From positions 1 through 42,046 of the forward strand of contig JBGQEL010000031.1 of NCBI GenBank assembly GCA_041496385.1: 42,046 nucleotides of DNA, written 5' to 3'. The translations under genes and the position numbers were made by a program. Under the pieces are notes generated by a model, which saw only the letters and a list, made by a program, of their open reading frames with translations, made no database searches and had not been told where the DNA came from. This DNA is from Candidatus Methylomirabilia bacterium. Lineage in GTDB: Bacteria; Methylomirabilota; Methylomirabilia; Rokubacteriales; CSP1-6. Numbering within the stretch: position 1 is the first letter of the stretch; every line of letters begins with the position of its first letter. Below are positions 11,189-18,461 of this stretch, piece by piece.

Positions 11189-11793
11189 CGCGCGCTCGCC
11201 TCGCGCAGCAGGCTCCGCACGTCGCCGAGCAGCTCGTCGGGATTGAAGCGCACGCCGAGATACTGCACGCGGAGGACGCCCGCGCGGTCGATCAGCGACG
11301 TCAAAAACGTGTGGTCCACGTCGCCGCCCGGATTCTTCTGCGCGAAGACGCCGTAGCGCCGCCCGACGTCGCGGACCTCGGCCGGGGCTCCCGTGAGGAA
11401 CGCCCACCCCGCGGGATTCGCGCCGTGCGCCTCGGCGTAGCGCTTGAGAACCTCCGGCGTGTCCCGCTCGGGGTCCACGGTGACGGACGCGAAGAAGACC
11501 TTCGCGCCGAACGCGGACCCCAGCTTCGCCTGCAGGCCCGCCAGCTTGGCGGTCAGGAGCGGGCAGGTGTCGGCGCAGCTCGCGTAGATGAAGGTGACGG
11601 CGACGACCTTGCCGCGCAGGTCCCGGAGCGAGAGTCGCGCGTTGTCCTGCGTCGTCAGCGTGAACTCCGCCGCCGGCCCGATCTTCGACAGGCGCGCGTC
11701 TACCTTCGCCTCGTGGCCGGCCGCGCGCACAGGCACGGCCAGCGCCGCGAACGCGACGAGGAGGGCGAGGCCCCGCGCGGACCAGCGTCTCAC
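11185..11793 (-). CDS. SCO1/SenC family protein (copper chaperone/thiol oxidoreductase)
   Basis: Signal peptide, FIYASCADTCP (CxxxC), TVDPERDTPEVL, W.FLTG, VDHT (His ligand). Confidence 0.92.
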   Translation of the reverse strand: MRRWSARGLALLVAFAALAVPVRAAGHEAKVDARLSKIGPAAEFTLTTQDNARLSLRDLRGKVVAVTFIYASCADTCPLLTAKLAGLQAKLGSAFGAKVFFASVTVDPERDTPEVLKRYAEAHGANPAGWAFLTGAPAEVRDVGRRYGVFAQKNPGGDVDHTFLTSLIDRAGVLRVQYLGVRFNPDELLGDVRSLLREASAR

Positions 11794-11794
11794 G

Positions 11795-12790
11795 TCAGTC
11801 TCTCAGCTCCTTCTTCAGCTCGTTCAGGAAGCGCCAGTCGGTGCCCCGCGCGATGACCTGCTGCGGGCTCGCCTTGATCAGCTCCGCCTCGCGGAGCCGG
11901 AGCGCGTAAAAGCGCACGGCGTCCGCCGGGTCGAAGTCTCGCCACTTGCCGTAGGCGACCTCTTTCAGCGACTGAAGGACGTAGTCGGAGCGTTCGGCGT
12001 GACCCTTGTCGACGATGAGCTTCGCGATCCGCTCGGGCTCGAGGGCGCACATGTCGGAGGCCTTGAGGATCGCCCGGAGCGCGCGCTTGGTGGCCACCGG
12101 GTGGCGGCGCATGAACTCTCGGTTCGCGGCCACCATGCAGCAGAAATACTGCGACCACGGGCGGTCGGTCAGCGTGTTGACCACGACGTGGCCGATCTTC
12201 CTGGCACGCAACTCCTGGGCGAGGGGCGGATACCCGAGGAACGCGTCGATTCTCCCTTCGAGCAGCAGCCGTCCCCATTCGGCTGTCGGATGCACCGCCC
12301 AGGTGATGTCACGGGACGGCCTGAGGCCGACGTGCGCAGCGATGCTCGCGACGAAAACGTGGTTCGCGCTTCCCAGCTCCGTGATCGCGACCGTCCTGCC
12401 CTTCAGGTCGCGGAACGTCTTCACGCGATCGGCCGCGAACATTTCGACGCAGCCGACGTGGACGCCCGAGAGAAAAACGATCGGCGCTCCCGCGTCTATC
12501 TGGACGATCACGGGGGGGCCGAACAGCATGCTGATGTCGGCGTCACCCGCGGCGAGCGCTCTCTCGGCCGCGCCGGGGAGCCGCTTGAGGTACTGGACGT
12601 CCCTGAAACCCTCTCCCTTCAAAAGCTCCTCTGCCACGTACTGCGGCGCTTCGCAGAGCGTCGGGCGATGGAGCAGCCTCAGCGTGTCCGTCTCGGGCGG
12701 CGGCTCCGCGGCGGCGCGGCCCGGACCAAGCCCGAAGAGCGCGGCGGCCCCACCACCGGCCGCCGCATTCAGGAACTCGCGTCGCCTCAT
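11795..12790 (-). CDS. Tat-exported NitT/TauT (NMT1/SsuA-like) substrate-binding protein, array copy 7
   Basis: MRRREFL Tat signal, AAAEPPPET, LCEAP, HVGC, DLKGRTVA, DRPWSQYFCC, GTDWRFLNELKKEL. Confidence 0.85.
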   Translation of the reverse strand: MRRREFLNAAAGGGAAALFGLGPGRAAAEPPPETDTLRLLHRPTLCEAPQYVAEELLKGEGFRDVQYLKRLPGAAERALAAGDADISMLFGPPVIVQIDAGAPIVFLSGVHVGCVEMFAADRVKTFRDLKGRTVAITELGSANHVFVASIAAHVGLRPSRDITWAVHPTAEWGRLLLEGRIDAFLGYPPLAQELRARKIGHVVVNTLTDRPWSQYFCCMVAANREFMRRHPVATKRALRAILKASDMCALEPERIAKLIVDKGHAERSDYVLQSLKEVAYGKWRDFDPADAVRFYALRLREAELIKASPQQVIARGTDWRFLNELKKELRD

Positions 12791-13788
12791 CCCTTCAGCT
12801 CCTTCCGCAGTTCCTTGGCGAAGCGAAACTCCGTGGCCTCGGCCAGGATCTTCTGGGGGCTCGACTTGATGAACCCGGCCTCGTGCAGTCGGAGGGCGTG
12901 AAAGCGCACCGAGTCCGCGGGATCGTACTCCCGCCATTTGGTGTAGGGCAGCTCCGTGAGCGCCTGGCGCGCGTAGCCCCCGGCGTCGGCGTAGCCGCGG
13001 GCCGCACGGACCTTCGTGGCGCGATCCGGCTCGACCGCACAGAGGCTGGCCGCCTTGAGGATTGCGCGGAGCGCTCGCTTCGTCGCGACAGGCCGCCGGC
13101 GCACGAACTCCCGGTTGCCGAAGGTCATGCAGCAGAAGTACTGCGACCAGGGGCGATCGGTTCCCGCGTTCACGACGACGTGGCCGATCTTCCGCGCGCG
13201 CAGCTCCTGAGGCTCCGGCGGGTAGGCCATGAACCCGTCGATCTTTCCCTCGGCGAAGAGCCGCATCGACTCCGCCGCGGGGGTGGTCACCCACTCGATG
13301 TCCTTCTTCGCGTCCAGGCCCACGTGCGCCGCCATGACGGCGGCGAAGACGTGGCGGCCCGATCCGAGTTGGGTCACCGCGACCCGCCGACCCTTGAAGT
13401 CGGCCATCGAGCGGATGCGCTCGCCGCCGAACAGCTCGAAGCAGCCGACGTGCGTGCCCGTGAGGACCACGAGCGCGTCGCCGGCGTCGAGCCGCTGCAG
13501 GAGCGCCGGCGCCGCACCGATGCCGAAGTCGCACTCGCCGGACGAGACAGGGGCGTAGGTGTCGGAGCCGGAGTCTCGCTTGACGTACCGGACATCGGTG
13601 AAGCCCTCACCCTTCAGGAGGTCCTCCGCGGCGATGAGGGGCGTCCCGCTGCAGACGTCGTGGATCTGAGGAATGCGCAGCGTTGTCGTCTCGGGCGGCG
13701 GCTCGGCCGCGGCGGCCTCCGGCGCGATCCCCAGCAGCGCAGCCGTGCCGCCAAGTGTTGTCCCCCGCAGGAACTCCCGCCGGTTCAT
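12787..13788 (-). CDS. Tat-exported NitT/TauT-like substrate-binding protein, array copy 6
   Basis: MNRREFL signal; VCSGTP, HVGCFELF, DRPWSQYFCC; ATGA overlaps at both ends. Confidence 0.85.
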   Translation of the reverse strand: MNRREFLRGTTLGGTAALLGIAPEAAAAEPPPETTTLRIPQIHDVCSGTPLIAAEDLLKGEGFTDVRYVKRDSGSDTYAPVSSGECDFGIGAAPALLQRLDAGDALVVLTGTHVGCFELFGGERIRSMADFKGRRVAVTQLGSGRHVFAAVMAAHVGLDAKKDIEWVTTPAAESMRLFAEGKIDGFMAYPPEPQELRARKIGHVVVNAGTDRPWSQYFCCMTFGNREFVRRRPVATKRALRAILKAASLCAVEPDRATKVRAARGYADAGGYARQALTELPYTKWREYDPADSVRFHALRLHEAGFIKSSPQKILAEATEFRFAKELRKELKG

Positions 13789-14783
13789 GCCTTCAGCTCC
13801 TTCTTCAGCTCGTTGAAGAAGCGCCAGTCGGTGCCCTGGGCGAGGATCCTCTGGGGGGTCGACTTGATGAGCCCGACGTCCTTGAGGCGGAGCGCGTAGA
13901 AGCGCACGGTGTCCTCGGGGTCGTACTGGCGCCACCGGCCGTAGGGCAGTCCCTTGATCGCCTGGAGGGTGTAGTCGTAGTCCTTCACGATGCCCCGCTC
14001 GACGACGAACTTCGCGACCCGCTCCGGCTCCACGGCGCAGAGGTCCGCCGACTTGAGAATCGCGCGCAGGGCGCGCTTGGTGGCCACGGGATGTTTGCGG
14101 ACAAACTCCCGGTTCCCGACCAGCATGCAGCAGAAATACTGCGACCAGGGCCGGTCCACCGCGCTGTTGACCACGATGCGGCCGATCTTCTTGGCGCGCA
14201 GCGCCTGCGGGTCGGGCGGGAAGCCCAGGTAGGCGTCGATCTTCCCTTCGGCGAGGAGCTGCATCGACTCGCTCGCCGGATGGTTGACCCAGTTGATGTC
14301 CTTGCGCGGATCCAGGCCCACGTAGGCGGCCATGCTGGCGAGGAACGCGTAGGGGCTCGGGTCCAGCGCGGGCACCGCGACGGTCTTGCCCTTGAGATCG
14401 CGGATCGTCCGGACCCGCTCGGTGCCCAGCAGCTCGAAGCAGCCCACGTGCTCGCCCGCCAGGATGACGATCGGGTCGCCCGCCTCCACGCGAAGGATGA
14501 CCGGCGCGGCGAAGTGCCCATTGAGATCCGCCTCGCCGGAGGCCAGCGCGCGCTCGACCCCCAGGGTTCCCTCCGTCGCGATGTACTGCACATCGGTGAA
14601 GCCCTCGGCCCGGAGCAGCTCTTCGGCGATCCACTCGGGGCTCCGGCAGCTGCTGGGAATCCGCGAGATCCGGAGCCGCGTCGTCTCGGGCGGCGGCTCC
14701 GCGGCCGCCGACCCCGGCCGGAGGCCGGTGAGGCTCACGGCGCCGGTGACGCCCAGCCCTTGCACGAACTCGCGCCGGTTCAC
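13785..14783 (-). CDS. Tat-exported NitT/TauT-like substrate-binding protein, array copy 5
   Basis: GTG start, NRREFV signal; SCRSP, HVGCFEL, DRPWSQYFCC. Confidence 0.85.
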   Translation of the reverse strand: MNRREFVQGLGVTGAVSLTGLRPGSAAAEPPPETTRLRISRIPSSCRSPEWIAEELLRAEGFTDVQYIATEGTLGVERALASGEADLNGHFAAPVILRVEAGDPIVILAGEHVGCFELLGTERVRTIRDLKGKTVAVPALDPSPYAFLASMAAYVGLDPRKDINWVNHPASESMQLLAEGKIDAYLGFPPDPQALRAKKIGRIVVNSAVDRPWSQYFCCMLVGNREFVRKHPVATKRALRAILKSADLCAVEPERVAKFVVERGIVKDYDYTLQAIKGLPYGRWRQYDPEDTVRFYALRLKDVGLIKSTPQRILAQGTDWRFFNELKKELKA

Positions 14784-15408
14784 GCCTTCAGCTCCTTCTT
14801 CAGCTCGTTCAGGAACCGCCAGTCGGTTCCCTCGGCGATGATCTTCTGCGGAGCCGCCTTGATCAACCCCGCCTCGCGGAGCCGCAACGCGTAGAACCGC
14901 AGCATGTCCTCGGGATGGTACTGGCGCCACGTGCCGTACGGCACGTCTCGCATCGCCTGCAGGGCGTAGTCGTAGCTCTTCGTGAAGCCCCGGTCGACCA
15001 TGGAGCGCGCCACGCGCTCGGGCTCGAGCGCGCACATGTCGGCGGCCTTCAGCATCGCCCGCACGACTCGTTTGGTCGCGACGGGATGCTTGCGAACGAA
15101 CTCCTTGTTCCCCACGAGCATGCAACAGAAGTACTGGGACCACGGGCGGTCGACGGCCATGTTCAGCACCACGTGCCCGATCTTCTTCGCGCGGAGCTCC
15201 TGGGCGATCGGTGGCACCGCCAGGAAGGCGTCGATCTTGCCCTCCGCGAGGAGCTCGACGGATTCGGCCGGTGTGTGCGTCACGAAGCGTACGTCCTTCT
15301 GGTGGTCGAGCCCGACGTGGGCCAGGCCTGCGCCGCCGTCGCCCGTGCGCCGACGACGGCCCCGGTCCCGGCCAGCGCCACGCCCTTCAGGAACGTGCGG
15401 CGCCTCAT
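14780..15408 (-). pseudogene. Internally deleted, frameshifted substrate-binding protein, array copy 4
   Basis: Tat signal MRRRTFLKG..AAQA joins out of frame at ~15325 to LAHVGLDHQKDVRF...DRPWSQYFCC...KKELKA*. It is 629 nt versus 996-1041 nt for the intact copies. Confidence 0.85.
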
Positions 15409-16409
15409 GCCTTCAGCTCCCGCTTCAGCTCGTTCAGGAAGCGCCAGTCGGTGCCGTCGGCGAGGATCTTCTGCGGCGTCGCCTTGATCATCCCCGCCTC
15501 GCGCAGCCGGAGCGCATAGTAGCGCACCGTGTCCTGCGCGTCGTAGACGCGCCACTTGTCGTACGGCAGGTCCTTCATGGTCTGGAGCGCCCAGTCGTAG
15601 CGCTTGGCGAAGCCGCGGTCGACGAGGACCTTCGCGGCCCGGGCCGGCTCGACGGCGCAGATGTTCGCGGCCTTGAGGATGGCCCGGAGCGCGCGCTTGG
15701 TGGCCACGGGATGCTTCTGTGCGAACGTCCGGTTCGCGGCGACCACACAGCAGAAGTACTGGGACCACGGCCGGTCCACGGCGCTGTTGACGATGACGCG
15801 CCCGGCCTTTCCTGCCCGCAGCTCCTGAGGATCGGGCGGAAAGGCCATGTACGCATCGACCTTGCCGTCGGCGAAGAGGCGCATGCCCTCCGCCGGCGGG
15901 TGGGTGACGAAGTTGATGTCCCGGTTCGGATCGAGGCCCACGTGAGCGGCGATGCTCGCCAGGAAGACGTGATGGGAGCTCCCGAACGAGGGGATCGAGA
16001 CCGTCTTCCCCTTGAGATCGCGGACCGCGCGGATCTGACCGTTGCCCCAGAGCTCGTAGCAGCCGACGTGGATTCCGGCCAGCAGGGCGAGGGGATCACC
16101 CGCGTCGACCTGGATGATGAACGGCGCGACGAACGCCATGCTGATGTCGACGTCACCCATCGCCAGGTCCTTGTAGGTCGCGCGCGGGTCGGTCAACTCC
16201 CGCTTGATGTACTGAACCTCCCCGAACCCTTCCGCCTTCAGCAATTCTTCGGCGACGAACTGGGGCGCGATGCAGATACCCGGGATCTGGGTCAATCGGA
16301 TCCGGTTCGTCTCGAGCGGTCCCTCCGCCGCGAGGGCGGCGCCCCCCACCCCGAGCATCACCGCGGAGCCGCCGAGCGACGCCGCGCGCAGGAACGTTCG
16401 TCTGTTCAC
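15405..16409 (-). CDS. Tat-exported NitT/TauT-like substrate-binding protein, array copy 3
   Basis: GTG start, NRRTFL signal; ICIAP, HVGCYELW, DRPWSQYFCC. Confidence 0.85.
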   Translation of the reverse strand: MNRRTFLRAASLGGSAVMLGVGGAALAAEGPLETNRIRLTQIPGICIAPQFVAEELLKAEGFGEVQYIKRELTDPRATYKDLAMGDVDISMAFVAPFIIQVDAGDPLALLAGIHVGCYELWGNGQIRAVRDLKGKTVSIPSFGSSHHVFLASIAAHVGLDPNRDINFVTHPPAEGMRLFADGKVDAYMAFPPDPQELRAGKAGRVIVNSAVDRPWSQYFCCVVAANRTFAQKHPVATKRALRAILKAANICAVEPARAAKVLVDRGFAKRYDWALQTMKDLPYDKWRVYDAQDTVRYYALRLREAGMIKATPQKILADGTDWRFLNELKRELKA

Positions 16410-17404
16410 CCCTTCAGCTCCTTCTTCAGCTCGTTCAGGAAGCGCCAGTCCGTGCCGTCGGCGATGATCTTCTGCGGATTGCCTTTGACCATGCCGGCCT
16501 CCCGGAGCCGGAGAGCGTAGAAGCGCACGGTCTCTTCGGGGTTGTACGCGCGCCAGCGGCCGTAGGGGATGTCCTTCACGGCCTGCAGGACGTGCTCGGG
16601 ATCGGTCTTGTAGCCGCGGCTCAGGAAGGCCCGCGCGGCACGCTCGGGCTCCCGCGCGCAGATCTCGTCCGCCTTCAAGATCGCGCGCAGCGCCCGCTTG
16701 ACCGCCTCCGGATGCTTCTGCGCGAACTCGCGGTTTGCCGACACCATGCAGCAGAAGTACTGCGACCAGGGCCGGTCGACCGCGCTGTTCACGATCACGT
16801 GGCCGATCTTCTTCGCACGCAACTCCTGCGGGTCGGGCGGGAATCCGAGGTAGCCGTCCACCTTCCCCTCGGCCAGGAGGCGCATGGCTTCGACGGGCGG
16901 GTACACGACCCAGGTCACGTCCTTGCGGGGATCCATTCCGACCTGCGTCATCATGCTGGCGAGGAACACGTGTTGGCCGGACTGGAGCCCGTACACCGCG
17001 ACCGTCTTGCCCTTGAGATCCCGGAGCGTCCGGATCGCCGAGGTCGCGAAGAGCTCGAAGCATCCGACGTGGACGCCGGCCAGGAGCACGATCGGGTCGC
17101 CGGCGTCGAGCGACATCACGAGCGGCGCCGCGAAGTTCATGCTCAGATCCACGTGCCCGGCGCTCGTGGCCCTCGCCCCCGGCAAGCCTCCGGCCATCTC
17201 GACGTAGCTCACCTCCGTGAACCCCTCGGCCCGCAGCATATCCTCGGCGACGTACTGCGGGACCAGGCACACGGACGGCACCCGGCCCAGCCGGAGTCGC
17301 GTCGTCTCGAGATCCCCTGCCGCGGCGGCGGACGTGGGTCGGGTACCGAAGAGTCCCACGGCTCCCGCGAGCGCGACCTGGTTCACGAAGTCGCGACGAT
17401 TCAT
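16406..17404 (-). CDS. Tat-exported NitT/TauT-like substrate-binding protein, array copy 2
   Basis: MNRRDFV signal; VCLVP, HVGCFELF, DRPWSQYFCC. Confidence 0.85.
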   Translation of the reverse strand: MNRRDFVNQVALAGAVGLFGTRPTSAAAAGDLETTRLRLGRVPSVCLVPQYVAEDMLRAEGFTEVSYVEMAGGLPGARATSAGHVDLSMNFAAPLVMSLDAGDPIVLLAGVHVGCFELFATSAIRTLRDLKGKTVAVYGLQSGQHVFLASMMTQVGMDPRKDVTWVVYPPVEAMRLLAEGKVDGYLGFPPDPQELRAKKIGHVIVNSAVDRPWSQYFCCMVSANREFAQKHPEAVKRALRAILKADEICAREPERAARAFLSRGYKTDPEHVLQAVKDIPYGRWRAYNPEETVRFYALRLREAGMVKGNPQKIIADGTDWRFLNELKKELKG

Positions 17405-18441
17405 CCCTTCAGCTCCTTCTTCAGCTCGTTCAGGAACCGCCAGTCGGTCGCCTGCGCCAGGATCTTCTGCGGGCTCGCCTTGATCATGCCAGCCTCGTGG
17501 AGCCGGAGCGCGTAGAACCGGAGCGTGTCCTCCGGGTCGTACTCGCGCCACTTGCCGTACGGGAGATCCTGCATGACCTGGAGCGCGTACTCGTAACGCG
17601 GCGTGTAGCCCTTGTCCACGAGCGCGCGCGCGGCGCGCTGCGGGTCGAGCGCGCAGACGTCGGCCGCCTTGAGGATCGCGCGGAGCGCCCGCTTCGTCGC
17701 CACCGGATTCTTGCGGACGAACTCCTTGCTCGCCGTCAGGAGACAGCAGAAGTACTGGGACCAGGGACGGTCGGTCGCGCTGTTGACGATCGCGTGACCG
17801 ATCTTCCGTTCCCGCAGCTCCTGCGGCTGGGGCGGAAACCCGAGAAAAGCGTCGGCCTTGGCTTCGGTGAAGAGGCGCAGCGACCCCTCGGTGGGAGTCA
17901 GGCGGCGCGCGCCGGGCGGCGGCTGACGGGCGAGCTCGGGGGTGATCCAGCTGATGTCCTTGCGCGGGTCGAGACCCACGTTCGCCGCGATCGTGGCCAG
18001 GAAGACGTGCGATGCGCTGTTCAGCGAATCGGTCGCCGCGACCTTGCCCTTGAGGTCGCGGATGCGCTGAACCCGCTCGTTCCCGAAGACCTCGAAGCAG
18101 CCCACGTGGACTCCGGCGAGGAATACCACGGGATCGCCCGCGTCGATCCGGATGATGTTCGGCCCGACGAAGTTCAGGCTCATGTCGGCCTCGCCGGCGG
18201 CCAGCCGCACCGAGACCGCGCCCGTCGGCATCTCGACGTACGTCACCTCGGTGAAGCCTTCGGCCTGGAGCAGATCGCCGGCGATGTACTGGGGCGCCCA
18301 GCAGATGCTCGGGCTCCGGAGCAGCCTGAGCCTCGTCGTCTCGGGCGGCGGCTCCGCCGCTGCCGCGCGAGACCCGAGCCCGACGAGACCCGCCGCGCCC
18401 GCGGCCGTCGCCAGACCGAGAAATTCCCTCCGGCTTCGCAT
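17401..18441 (-). CDS. Tat-exported NitT/TauT-like substrate-binding protein, array copy 1
   Basis: GGAGG RBS before ATG 18441 (alternative coupled ATG 18465); SRREFL signal; ICWAP, HVGCFEVF, DRPWSQYFCC. Confidence 0.85.
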   Translation of the reverse strand: MRSRREFLGLATAAGAAGLVGLGSRAAAAEPPPETTRLRLLRSPSICWAPQYIAGDLLQAEGFTEVTYVEMPTGAVSVRLAAGEADMSLNFVGPNIIRIDAGDPVVFLAGVHVGCFEVFGNERVQRIRDLKGKVAATDSLNSASHVFLATIAANVGLDPRKDISWITPELARQPPPGARRLTPTEGSLRLFTEAKADAFLGFPPQPQELRERKIGHAIVNSATDRPWSQYFCCLLTASKEFVRKNPVATKRALRAILKAADVCALDPQRAARALVDKGYTPRYEYALQVMQDLPYGKWREYDPEDTLRFYALRLHEAGMIKASPQKILAQATDWRFLNELKKELKG

Positions 18442-18461
18442 GTGGCCTCCCCCGCCCGCTC

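Noticed and set aside
11795..17551. Long N-terminal extensions of the SBP ORFs in the ORF track (e.g. 579, 615, 621 aa)
   Set aside because: These are off-frame read-through of the preceding paralogue in stop-poor GC-rich DNA. The true starts are the SD-preceded Tat signals at the (A/G)TGA overlaps.
11795..18441. CRISPR array or diversity-generating retroelement as the explanation for the repeats
   Set aside because: The repeats are ~1-kb coding paralogues; there is no short repeat-spacer periodicity, reverse transcriptase or adenine-specific TR/VR pair.
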